This document shows positions 1-8,612 of a DNA stretch of 64,000 nt, in pieces; within the stretch, counting starts at the first letter, position 1, and each line of letters starts with the position of its first letter. The notes beneath the pieces were generated by a model, which was not told the DNA's origin, searched no databases, and saw only the letters and a list, made by a program, of their open reading frames with translations. Both the position numbers and the translations under genes were made by a program. The stretch is taken from positions 1-64,000 of IMG/VR virus record IMGVR_UViG_3300028588_000015; one strand, given 5' to 3'. This DNA comes from a virus (taxonomy: Duplodnaviria; Caudoviricetes).

Positions 1-25
1 TATTTTTTAATCACTCATACACTAA

Positions 26-92
26 TTTATGAGTAAACTCTGACGCAAAATTTCAGAAAAAAATCATCAACAAAAATCAGTTTACTCATAAA
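26..92. repeat. 13-bp perfect inverted repeat at window start
   Basis: TTTATGAGTAAAC (26-38) and GTTTACTCATAAA (80-92) are exact reverse complements around an A-rich spacer. Confidence 0.85.
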
Positions 93-242
93 AACCATAC
101 GTAGAGAAACGTGGCAGGGGGTAGGGCGGCCTTATGTTACAGGAGGGGGCCAAGGGGCCCCCGACTCTAATCTTTACAAGCGAAATTGTTGGGGGGAATT
201 TTTGAGTATTTGAAAAGCTGTTGTAGTATAGACAATTTTACA

Positions 243-254
243 GTCACATATAAC
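243..254 (+). promoter_or_regulatory. Phage promoter-like motif (CACATAT core)
   Basis: GTCACATATAAC upstream of the first gene; same core as at 2534, 7491, 17875, 31162, 38386 but without the downstream GTG. Confidence 0.5.
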
Positions 255-308
255 TATTTTACAATCGATGCGCGATTGTGCTTTTATTACTGTAAAGGAG
301 TTTTTACT

Positions 309-542
309 ATGCCAAGAAAACAAGAGCTTTCGAGCGAGATTGAAATGCTTACCAATCTCAAGGTAGTTTGCCAAAATTCGATTAACAGCTTAGCAATTGC
401 CGGATTTAGTGGCAAAACGCCATCTACTTCGATCGCCGGTGAGGCGGCAGAAATGATTCTCATGACCTCGCAAAGCATTGGTCGAATCGACCGCATGATT
501 CGAAAGGCCAAAAAAGAATTGAGCGAGATACCGGCCGAGTAA
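309..542 (+). CDS. Hypothetical protein (77 aa)
   Basis: ORF 186..542; ATG at 309 has the RBS AAGGAG; followed by a terminator. Confidence 0.7.
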   Translation: MPRKQELSSEIEMLTNLKVVCQNSINSLAIAGFSGKTPSTSIAGEAAEMILMTSQSIGRIDRMIRKAKKELSEIPAE

Positions 543-557
543 CAGTAAACGTAGTAC

Positions 558-592
558 AAAAAGCTACGCTAGTTCAGGTGGCTTTTTTTTTT
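558..592 (+). terminator. Intrinsic terminator
   Basis: AAAAAGCTAC/GTGGCTTTTT stem with long T tract; TTATGCCG at 622-629 downstream. Confidence 0.75.
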
Positions 593-703
593 GTTCTTTT
601 TAGCAACTTGTTGTTTTTCTTTTATGCCGGATAGTCAACATCCTGCAAGTGAAAAGTTACTAGGCTTAGGGATGGTGTAGAACCCCTTGATACTGGAGAG
701 AAC

Positions 704-1390
704 ATGTCAAGCAACGAAGGAACACTTCTGAACAGGTTGTTCGATATCATCAGCCTTGGCACTGACGTCCCACCAAGGCGTCCGGTGATGGTGGCGCCCA
801 GTGCGCTCGATCCGAAAGAGATCATTGCGCATCTGAACAGAACGCCGTACGAGTTCGTATTACATCACCCGCTGCCGGACCCAATGCCACCAATCGGTTT
901 TACTCCCGACGACTTCGCGGAACCATTTCCCTTCAAAATGTGGGGTGCTCCGGTTTTCTACTCGGAAGGCACGGGGGTGCTCAATGATTTGTTCGAGAAG
1001 ACGCTGCGGGATAGAGTACAAAGTAAGCTCGGTCTTCCTTCGGAGACCTTTCGCAAAGTCAATTGGGCTGGTATCAGTTCTGACACCTCGTTGGTTAATC
1101 AGTCGCGAGTCAATGCCCCCTTAAGGGAAATGGCTGCCGCGTTTTGCAAAATAGTAGAAGACGATTTGTTGGCAAGGATCGGCCGACCGGGCTACCACAT
1201 TGAAACCATTGAAGTCGTCGGGCGCGGCTATCAAGGCCGCCGAGTACTGGGTGGCTCGATGCGCCAGAGGAAACGCCGACATCAACTAGCCTTTCTGCCT
1301 GTTCACAAAAAGGTTTCCAAGTTTGTTGAAGTCAAATGGGCATTAGAAGCACCGTCACCGCTCAAGAATAACCTTCCACCTAAAGAGTGA
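704..1390 (+). CDS. Hypothetical protein
   Basis: 228-aa ORF with GGAGA RBS; overlaps the next gene. Confidence 0.7.
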   Translation: MSSNEGTLLNRLFDIISLGTDVPPRRPVMVAPSALDPKEIIAHLNRTPYEFVLHHPLPDPMPPIGFTPDDFAEPFPFKMWGAPVFYSEGTGVLNDLFEKTLRDRVQSKLGLPSETFRKVNWAGISSDTSLVNQSRVNAPLREMAAAFCKIVEDDLLARIGRPGYHIETIEVVGRGYQGRRVLGGSMRQRKRRHQLAFLPVHKKVSKFVEVKWALEAPSPLKNNLPPKE

Positions 1391-1596
1391 ACCCGCCCAT
1401 GCCGCCGAATAACGATAAAGCAGGCCCAGCTGCATTACGGCGTCGCATGATCGAGGAAGGGTTTATCAAACCTTCCATCGCTGACATCGTCCAACTCGTC
1501 CGTCCTGAAACCCCTGCATTTGTGCTCGATCTCGTGAAACAGGCAGAAGCACAAATGCAGGCGACGCCATCCCGCACTCCAGTGCTCTCAACTTAG
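1387..1596 (+). CDS. Hypothetical protein
   Basis: 69-aa ORF, GTGA-coupled to the upstream gene. Confidence 0.55.
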   Translation: MNPPMPPNNDKAGPAALRRRMIEEGFIKPSIADIVQLVRPETPAFVLDLVKQAEAQMQATPSRTPVLST

Positions 1597-1611
1597 GGAA
1601 TAAAAGAAAAA

Positions 1612-2211
1612 ATGAATTTGTTCTGGAAGATTATCGCCTGGATCGTCGCTCGACCGCGCATTGCGAATTGGCTCATCCAACGTGCCATGAAAACACCGTA
1701 CCAACACATCCTGTCGCCCGACCACAGTGAAGTGTATATGTACCGGTTCTGGCTGTTCAATGGGTACCTGACCCAGGCTCAAAAAGACCGGTACAAAGCA
1801 GAAGGTAAGAAACTGCCGTGGCGGTTTCCTTACTCCATCCGTTTGCACCGGATCATGGTACCGGACTTGGCCCGGCATAAGCACGATCATCCTTCCCGTT
1901 CGCGTTCGATTATCCTGAAAGGATGGTACGACGAGGAACGGCTGGAGTATCAGCCACCCTGCGCAGGTATGGATTGGAGTATGTTACCCGAGGCATATCA
2001 CACCTTCGGCTATCATCGCGCTCAAGGTTCGACGGCAGTGCTGGAACTTGGGGAATTTCACAACATCACCCGTGTACCCGATGGTGGCGTTTGGACAATG
2101 TTCATCACCGGACCGCGTGCCAAAGAAGACTGGGGTTACTTGGTCGACGGCAAGAAAGTCAGTTTCCGTGAGTACGTGCGTGAAGGCACGGTTGTCGACA
2201 ACGTACCATAA
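1612..2211 (+). CDS. Phage cupin-like protein
   Basis: Motifs RLHRI..HKHDHP..SIILKGWYDEE and WTMFITGPR..WG typical of phage cupin-fold proteins. Confidence 0.6.
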   Translation: MNLFWKIIAWIVARPRIANWLIQRAMKTPYQHILSPDHSEVYMYRFWLFNGYLTQAQKDRYKAEGKKLPWRFPYSIRLHRIMVPDLARHKHDHPSRSRSIILKGWYDEERLEYQPPCAGMDWSMLPEAYHTFGYHRAQGSTAVLELGEFHNITRVPDGGVWTMFITGPRAKEDWGYLVDGKKVSFREYVREGTVVDNVP

Positions 2212-2229
2212 CTTTTCAAGTAGAACCTG

Positions 2230-2457
2230 ATGTTCGAAACCAAAGTCATTCCGGAGCAAGATTTGATCCCGGTGTATGCCCCACCCAACTTGCTGTCGGT
2301 CATGCCCGGCAACAAGGTCATGCTCCGTTCGGGCAGCCCATGCATGACGGTATCCATTGCCGAAGAAGGCCGTGCATACTGCCAGTGGGAAGAGGATGGT
2401 AAGCTCTCCGGCGACTGGTTTGACCTGCGCTGCCTGACCTGTTACGGCGCACAGTAA
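2230..2457 (+). CDS. YodC/DUF2158-like small protein
   Basis: GNKVMLRSGSPCMTV..YCQW..DWF pattern resembles the G.VV.LKSGGP.MTV..C.WF family signature. Confidence 0.6.
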   Translation: MFETKVIPEQDLIPVYAPPNLLSVMPGNKVMLRSGSPCMTVSIAEEGRAYCQWEEDGKLSGDWFDLRCLTCYGAQ

Positions 2458-2471
2458 CCGTACATACACCA

Positions 2472-2507
2472 CATAAGCGCAGGGGGACTTCCCTCTGCCT
2501 TATGCCG
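2472..2507 (+). terminator. Hairpin with TTATGCCG flank
   Basis: CATAAG-CGCAGGGGG-ACTT-CCCTCTGC-CTTATG followed by CCG. Confidence 0.6.
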
Positions 2508-2533
2508 ATTAACCTTGAATGGAGGAATTTATA

Positions 2534-2554
2534 ACCACATATAACGCTAGTGAG
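2534..2554 (+). promoter_or_regulatory. CACATAT-N7-GTGA promoter-like motif
   Basis: ACCACATATAACGCTAGTGAG, about 50 nt upstream of the ATG at 2602. Confidence 0.65.
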
Positions 2555-2601
2555 TTCAGTTGTATCTCGTTTAGCACATTATCTTTTCAGGAGAAACTAT
2601 C

Positions 2602-2754
2602 ATGACTTCCCAAGAGTTCAAACAAGGCCAAGACGCATACCGCATGAGCCGTCGTAAAACCGAAAACCCGCACCCGAAGGGCAGCGTCCAGTACGCGCAG
2701 TGGAACGCCGGTTACGATTACGAAGCCAAAGCAGAAACCGACGAGCGTGAATAA
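2602..2754 (+). CDS. Rmf/CrpP-like microprotein (50 aa, not in the ORF track)
   Basis: Manual translation MTSQEFKQGQDAYRMSRRKTENPHPKGSVQYAQWNAGYDYEAKAETDERE; GGAGA RBS, own promoter motif and terminator; G..A....NP......W..G[YW] pattern. Confidence 0.65.
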   Translation: MTSQEFKQGQDAYRMSRRKTENPHPKGSVQYAQWNAGYDYEAKAETDERE

Positions 2755-2764
2755 TTGCTAAACG

Positions 2765-2795
2765 AAACACTGGCCAAGACGGCTGGTGTTTTTAT
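2765..2795 (+). terminator. Intrinsic terminator
   Basis: AAACACTGGCC-AAGAC-GGCTGGTGTTT plus T tract. Confidence 0.65.
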
Positions 2796-2834
2796 TTGTT
2801 ATGGTAAAACGTAGAAGAAAGGGGAAGAGCCACT

Positions 2835-3338
2835 ATGGCCAAGTATAATCTAATACGAGTACGTGATGCGGATATGTTCATTCGTCACTTGAATGGCGAA
2901 ACCAACCGCGCCATCGCCAAAGTTTACAACATAACGGATGCGCGCGTTCACCAGATCAATGCCTCAATGTTTCGTATTCTGAGACACCCTCTATATACGC
3001 GCACAGTGCCGTATCCTTTTCCGCGTGAAAAGGCGCCGCATTTGTGGAAGGCATGTTTTCCTGGTACCGACTCGACACTCTTTACGCTGCAACGCAAACG
3101 CTTACGGCCGGAAGAGAAGGAAGCCGATAAAACGTACTGGCTGAAATTGCTGGAACTGTACGAAAAAGATACGGGTATCACGGTCATGCGTGAAATAGCA
3201 GCCATGCCAAGATGTGCCTGTGGTTCAACGTGGCGTCCCGTCCACATGGCCGGTGTGCCGATGAATTGCCGGTTGTGTGGCGAGAGTGTGCCGGAGGTTA
3301 GCTCTCCAGACCTGTCGTTGCCGTTTATTAAAAATTAA
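2835..3338 (+). CDS. Sigma70 region-4-like HTH protein with C-terminal zinc ribbon
   Basis: TNRAIAKVYNITDARVHQINASMFRILRHP aligns by eye with RpoD region 4.2 (..TRERIRQIEAKALRKLRHP); C-terminal CACG..CRLCG. Confidence 0.55.
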   Translation: MAKYNLIRVRDADMFIRHLNGETNRAIAKVYNITDARVHQINASMFRILRHPLYTRTVPYPFPREKAPHLWKACFPGTDSTLFTLQRKRLRPEEKEADKTYWLKLLELYEKDTGITVMREIAAMPRCACGSTWRPVHMAGVPMNCRLCGESVPEVSSPDLSLPFIKN

Positions 3339-3353
3339 AGAAAAGGAAAAGAA

Positions 3354-4868
3354 ATGGATACGAACGAAAAGAAAGTCATCATCAGCATTAGTGGCGAACA
3401 GATCGAGGTGACGCCGACCAACATTGCAACGCTCCTGAAGTTGAAAGGATCGGTTATCGCGCAGCTGGCAACGATCCGACGCCGCGAATTCACCAAGGAA
3501 GACTGGATCAAGATCAACGATGCAATCATCGCCAATCTGAACGTCGGGCGCGCATCTGACATGCAGATCAAAACCAACATGTACGGCATGATGGGTATGA
3601 CGATGGAAGCCATGGAGGATTCCATGCACGCCGATCCGGAGTCGGATTCCTATCGTACGCTGCATGCGTCGGAACCGCCGCCCATTCATAACCGCGCTGT
3701 GCAGGTAGTCAGGAATCTTGTTGAAAATAACCTCGATGTCGACGGCGATGTTTTCAATAGTCACTTTATTACTCCACTGATCTCGGAGGGCATGCCTTTG
3801 CTCGACGAAATGCTTTTGCAATTGCGCCTGAATTCTTTGAAACATCTCCAGCCGCTCGATATCGTGCCTTCTTCGGACAAACCGGAAACCGCTAAGCTAC
3901 ATTTCGGTGTACCGATCGAAGGGAAGCCGACGGTCGCGTTCAACTTCCCGGACGCCACGAAAATCAAGCTGAAAACTGCTTCCGTGGAGCACATCTTGCA
4001 AAAGGGCGGTCACGAGATGGTGCCGATGATCGTGTCCTGTCTGCCAGCGTTTTCGGAAGAAGACCAAGATACGATCCGCAAGGAACTGGACAAGTGGTTC
4101 GTGACGCTGTTGCAGTCGCGCGCCATGGTTACCCGCACCGATGTCGATTCGGTGATACTCAGTGATTATGGCCTCGAAGTGATGAGTGTCCTGCGCAAAG
4201 TCCCTGGCTTCAGGGAAGATGGTGCGCTGCACGGTGGTTCGTACTTTTCGGTCAGCACACCCAACACCGAGAGGGGCGACGTTGGCCAGAAGTTCTACAA
4301 GATGAAACCGGAATACAAGTTCGAGGTTTATCCCACGGAACCCGGCCTTCGTGCTACCGACGTCATCAAAGGGGTACAACTGAGACAGAGCCTGATCATG
4401 GTCGACAGCATTCCTGCCCATACGCCGCTATGGGACGCCATGCTGAGCAATGCTGGTTTCACACCTTCGCCGCAACGCCAAGAGATGTTCAAGAATTACA
4501 TCGCGAGAGACTTGCATTCTGTTTCTTCGTTTGTGATCGATAAACACGGAAACATTGTTCGCGAAGAAAAAGCGCAAGGCGACAATAGCAACTACGCTAA
4601 GCGTTTGAATAACAAGCGTAAAGGTGGTCGTGGTGCCTTAGAAGTCAAACCGCCTGTCGGCACCAACAGCTACGATGGGTGGAGTGACAAAAACGAAAAG
4701 ATTCGCATCGTTCGGTCTCATTTCCACGGCTGGTCCGAGCGAATCGAGATGTACCAAGATGTGTGGAGTCTTTTCCCCAGCAAACACCGTAAACCGAATG
4801 TGACTTCGATGCGTAAGAAAGCCAAGCACCGTGCCCTTATCTCGACCACTTTCATCAATCAGAAGTAA
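3354..4868 (+). CDS. Hypothetical protein (504 aa)
   Basis: Long ORF with AAGGA RBS; basic C-terminus; no motif recognised. Confidence 0.8.
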   Translation: MDTNEKKVIISISGEQIEVTPTNIATLLKLKGSVIAQLATIRRREFTKEDWIKINDAIIANLNVGRASDMQIKTNMYGMMGMTMEAMEDSMHADPESDSYRTLHASEPPPIHNRAVQVVRNLVENNLDVDGDVFNSHFITPLISEGMPLLDEMLLQLRLNSLKHLQPLDIVPSSDKPETAKLHFGVPIEGKPTVAFNFPDATKIKLKTASVEHILQKGGHEMVPMIVSCLPAFSEEDQDTIRKELDKWFVTLLQSRAMVTRTDVDSVILSDYGLEVMSVLRKVPGFREDGALHGGSYFSVSTPNTERGDVGQKFYKMKPEYKFEVYPTEPGLRATDVIKGVQLRQSLIMVDSIPAHTPLWDAMLSNAGFTPSPQRQEMFKNYIARDLHSVSSFVIDKHGNIVREEKAQGDNSNYAKRLNNKRKGGRGALEVKPPVGTNSYDGWSDKNEKIRIVRSHFHGWSERIEMYQDVWSLFPSKHRKPNVTSMRKKAKHRALISTTFINQK

Positions 4869-4894
4869 TCATTCATTTTTCAAGGAGTATTACC

Positions 4895-5674
4895 ATGGCT
4901 GACCTCAACCTGTTCGCTACCATCAATGAAGCCCTGAACGCACGCGAGGAAGCGCCGAAACGGCACCCGCTGCACGCCCTGTCGGGCTTCAAGGCATCCG
5001 ATGTCTGGGACTACCGTACCAACTGGCAACATGAAGACGCGATGCGCACTATCAACACGTTGCGTGACGAGGCTTTGAAAGATGCCATCCAGACCCGCTT
5101 AGTACGAGCCCACACCATTGTCGATACCCTGTCCGGCTACATCTCCAAGCTGACCGTCGCTGGCGGCACTGAACCATTGATCGACATCGAATATACGCAA
5201 AAACACTATGAGGCCGTGCTCACCGAGGCGGCCAAGTTCGATTACGCTGGCGCCAACTTGGATGAATTCTTCGCGCTTCTGGAATTCATCTTGACGCACA
5301 AGAACCCGCTGTTCATCTACGAAGCTATCGACTGGGTCATCACCGACCAGATCATCCCTGTCATCGAGCAGGAAACGGCACGCGACAAGTTCATGATGTT
5401 GCGCGAAGTCCTCGAGATGGAAGTCCCGGAACAGATCAAGATGATCCGCAACGCGCACCTGCTGGCGCAGCGCGATGCGCTGGGGCAAGCGGCGAAAACG
5501 CCGTATGGCCACACCATCGATTTCGGCGAGCCCATCGACATCGACAGCGCCATCACCGAACCGCCAATCGGCGTCGAGGAAGCCAGTAACATCATCGCGC
5601 AGGCGGCCGGGCAGGCGCAAACCGTGTCGATCGATGCAGCCACCGTTCAGGCCGGCATGCCGAAACCGGAGTAA
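4895..5674 (+). CDS. Hypothetical protein
   Basis: 259-aa ORF, AAGGAG RBS, strong C-ending codon bias. Confidence 0.8.
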   Translation: MADLNLFATINEALNAREEAPKRHPLHALSGFKASDVWDYRTNWQHEDAMRTINTLRDEALKDAIQTRLVRAHTIVDTLSGYISKLTVAGGTEPLIDIEYTQKHYEAVLTEAAKFDYAGANLDEFFALLEFILTHKNPLFIYEAIDWVITDQIIPVIEQETARDKFMMLREVLEMEVPEQIKMIRNAHLLAQRDALGQAAKTPYGHTIDFGEPIDIDSAITEPPIGVEEASNIIAQAAGQAQTVSIDAATVQAGMPKPE

Positions 5675-5718
5675 GAAATAACTCAACCAGAGTGGGGTAT
5701 GATCCCCCACTCATTTCT
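5673..5718 (+). terminator. Hairpin after the gene ending at 5674
   Basis: GAGTGGGG-TATGAT-CCCCACTC with outer AAGAAAT/ATTTCTT pairing. Confidence 0.55.
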
Positions 5719-5830
5719 TAAAGGAATTACCATGTAGACTTTCTCGTAACCCGGCGTTGTACCATGAGTGTAGAAATTTCGTTACCTTCCGCGTAACTCG
5801 TAAGACCCCTTTCATCTAAAGGAAAGAAAA

Positions 5831-6610
5831 ATGGAAAAGAATTCCGCAATCGCGCAGCAGATGGAGAGCTTCCTCAAACTCTTCCACGCTACCGACAAAC
5901 TGATCAGCTTCAGTAAACAACACTGGCTCGGCGAAAAGGGTACGTTGACCGGCCTCGTCAACAACACCGAACACCGTCTCATCCTCCAGCCCAGCGAGAT
6001 CGTCAAGACCATCGACACCTACCAGCGCCGTGTGCTCGTCATCGGCACCGCCTTCGGTCCGATCGCGATCTACCCGAGCGTCATCCAGGCCAGCCGGGTC
6101 GGCGTCCCCACGTTGTCGTATTGCACCACCGACGCACTGGCAACAGCTGTTTCGCTCCTCGCCAAGCGGGAATTCCATTCCACCGGCCGTCTCGCCGATC
6201 AAGACGGCTTTCCTTTCTTGGCGCTGGACGAATTGGCCGCCTTCATGCTCGAGGTCGTGACCTACCACCGCGAACGCTTCATGTACGTGGGTGACGGCCT
6301 GAAGGTCTTCAGCAAGAAGAAGTTCAAAGGACCGCAAGGCAATCGGCGGCCCGAGCAAAAGAAAGCCGAGGACAGCAAATCGGCCAAACAACCAAACCAA
6401 GCCCAACAACGGGCCGCCAAGAAACCGCATAAGCATAAAGACAGTCTGCCGAAGCATGGTCCGAAACGGGGTGAAGCCAGCCCGCCCGGCCGCAAGGAAC
6501 AAACTGTTCATGACATCGCCCACGCCGCAATCGTGAATGCGGTGCAAGAAGGTCAGACTTCGGCCGCCACACCGTTGCCGGAAGAATACCATCCGGCGCT
6601 CGCTGCGTAA
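5831..6610 (+). CDS. Hypothetical protein with basic low-complexity C-terminus
   Basis: 259-aa ORF, AAGGA RBS; K/Q/P-rich tail. Confidence 0.8.
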   Translation: MEKNSAIAQQMESFLKLFHATDKLISFSKQHWLGEKGTLTGLVNNTEHRLILQPSEIVKTIDTYQRRVLVIGTAFGPIAIYPSVIQASRVGVPTLSYCTTDALATAVSLLAKREFHSTGRLADQDGFPFLALDELAAFMLEVVTYHRERFMYVGDGLKVFSKKKFKGPQGNRRPEQKKAEDSKSAKQPNQAQQRAAKKPHKHKDSLPKHGPKRGEASPPGRKEQTVHDIAHAAIVNAVQEGQTSAATPLPEEYHPALAA

Positions 6611-6611
6611 G

Positions 6612-6651
6612 CGGCATAAAAGAGCTAGGATGATCCTAGCTCTTTTTTTTT
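6612..6651. terminator. Bidirectional terminator with CGGCATAA flank
   Basis: CGGCATAA then AAAAGAGCTAGGA-TGA-TCCTAGCTCTTTT between convergent genes. Confidence 0.85.
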
Positions 6652-6661
6652 TGCCCTGTAC

Positions 6662-7468
6662 TTAACGATTGCCGCCGATCTGTTGCCGCAGGAAGCGTTC
6701 CCACGACTCGACGTCGTTCATGAGTGCAATCTTGCCCCAACGTTCTTTGAGCATGGTTTTGTAGAGTTCGTTACACTCTTTGAACTCCATCACCATGTCT
6801 TTGATCGCGCCCAACTGTTGACCACCCACCAGTTGGCTGTAGTCCAATTCTAACGCCAGTTCCACATAGATGTGGGCTTTGACGGCGTACAGCACCAGTT
6901 CTGCAAACTTGTGATAACTCTTCAGTTGCAGATGCGACATGTTGTCATCATTAGCGAAGATGCAGCGCAGGTAGCAGTAACCCGGTAACAAGGTCGGGTC
7001 GCGTACCGCCACCACGTTTTCGCCGATGAGTTGTACCTTGGCGGTCGAGATGTTGGGAATCGTCCCGTGCGCATCCATCATGCCTTGTGCGATGTTCAAT
7101 AGCGCCGAACCATTCGACAGCGTTTGCGCCCCCCCATAGCTCAGTGAGTCTGGGCTGGTGAAGGTGATGTTGAGAGCCGACAGAATGCTGCGTCCTTGGG
7201 TGCGGCTTTTGGGAATACGGTAGACGGTGGTGAAGTCGTCCGTCCGGTCTGTTTCCAAACCGCGCAAGTCCACGTAACCTTGCGCGCCACCCATCAAGCC
7301 TACGTCGCGCAGGACGCGCGGACGGATTACTTCATGCATGATGCGTTCATCGATTGAAACCGGTGCTCTCCCCCAAGTACTCGACTGTTGCGGCTTGAAA
7401 ACAATCTCCAGCAAACGACGCGGGATCTCCCGTTTGACTTCATCCAGCGCAGTTGATATCGGGTTCAT
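6662..7468 (-). CDS. Conserved phiKZ-like hypothetical protein, divergent from phuZ
   Basis: 268-aa ORF, GGAGGGG RBS; position next to phuZ as in phiKZ-like phages. Confidence 0.75.
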   Translation of the reverse strand: MNPISTALDEVKREIPRRLLEIVFKPQQSSTWGRAPVSIDERIMHEVIRPRVLRDVGLMGGAQGYVDLRGLETDRTDDFTTVYRIPKSRTQGRSILSALNITFTSPDSLSYGGAQTLSNGSALLNIAQGMMDAHGTIPNISTAKVQLIGENVVAVRDPTLLPGYCYLRCIFANDDNMSHLQLKSYHKFAELVLYAVKAHIYVELALELDYSQLVGGQQLGAIKDMVMEFKECNELYKTMLKERWGKIALMNDVESWERFLRQQIGGNR

Positions 7469-7490
7469 AGACCCCTCCTAAAAATATTTG

Positions 7491-7511
7491 GACACATATT
7501 ACCTAAGTGAA
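7491..7511 (+). promoter_or_regulatory. CACATAT-N7-GTGA promoter-like motif for phuZ
   Basis: GACACATATTACCTAAGTGAA; contains TATTAC, the reported phiKZ early-promoter core. Confidence 0.7.
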
Positions 7512-7604
7512 TCACATACGATTCGCGAAGCTTTAACACTAAATTTTAACTGTGTTGTTTTAGGTTATGTACCAAAAGCAACATCAAAAATGAAAGAGGA
7601 AAAA

Positions 7605-8612
7605 ATGAACGACAAGAACGTTAACACCATCCGCGCGTATAACTTCGGCGGTCTGGGTTTCAACATCGGTGCCCAGCTGGAAACCTTCCGCGACCACGCG
7701 ATCAAGGCCACGGCGCAACTCGACATCGCCTACGCCGACACCAGCGACTCGGACATGCAAGCCGAGATCGACGTTGCCAACTGTTTCTTCTTGCCCGGCG
7801 CCGCCGGCTCCGGCAAGTTCCAAGGTCAACACCTGGACGCGATCGATGCCCATGCCAAGGCCTTCCTGCAAAACTTCAAGCCCTCGGAAACCCTGAACAT
7901 CGTGGTCTCGTCGGCCAGCGGCGGCTCCGGCCCGGCATTCGCGTCGACCATCGTCTCCGAACTGCTCGACGCAGGTAAGAACGTGATCGTCATCGTCGTC
8001 GGTACCACGGCCGACAAGCGCGAAATCACCAACACCCGCAACAACGTGCGCAGCTACATCAACATCGCCGAAGACACCGACAAACCGGTACCGATCGCGT
8101 ACTTCCAGAACAGCACCGCCACGCCGCGCGCTGCGGTCGACAAGGCAATCGTCGCCCTGGTCGGTTCGCTGTGCGTGCTGTTCTCCGGCCAGAACCATGG
8201 CCTGGACAAGCAGGACCTGTACAACTGGCTGCACTTCAACGAGAACAAGACCACGTCCTACGGTGCGCGCATCGCGCAGCTGAGCATGTTCGAAGGCGAC
8301 GACCACATCGGCAACATCGGCAACGTGATCACGGTCGCCACCCTGTCTTCCCAGAAGTCGGGCCACGAAATCGAGCAGACGCCGGAATACCAGGTCGTCG
8401 GCCGCATCCCGGAAGACGCCACCCAGGTCATCATCGAGGCGACCCCGATCCACTTCGTGATCAGCACCGGCCGCTTCGCCGAAGTCCTGAAGTCGCTCGA
8501 CGACAAGCTCGTCGAGATCAACCGTGCACGAGAGGCGGTTGTCGATACGCTGTCCAGCAACATGGGTGACGCGAAAGCGAAAGCCAACAAGCGGGGCATC
8601 GTTGTCGACTGA
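7605..8612 (+). CDS. phuZ: PhuZ phage tubulin
   Basis: Tubulin/FtsZ motifs FGGLGFNIG, GAAGSGK and SASGGSG; short C-terminal tail ending GIVVD; ATG at 7605 with GAGG RBS. Confidence 0.93.
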   Translation: MNDKNVNTIRAYNFGGLGFNIGAQLETFRDHAIKATAQLDIAYADTSDSDMQAEIDVANCFFLPGAAGSGKFQGQHLDAIDAHAKAFLQNFKPSETLNIVVSSASGGSGPAFASTIVSELLDAGKNVIVIVVGTTADKREITNTRNNVRSYINIAEDTDKPVPIAYFQNSTATPRAAVDKAIVALVGSLCVLFSGQNHGLDKQDLYNWLHFNENKTTSYGARIAQLSMFEGDDHIGNIGNVITVATLSSQKSGHEIEQTPEYQVVGRIPEDATQVIIEATPIHFVISTGRFAEVLKSLDDKLVEINRAREAVVDTLSSNMGDAKAKANKRGIVVD

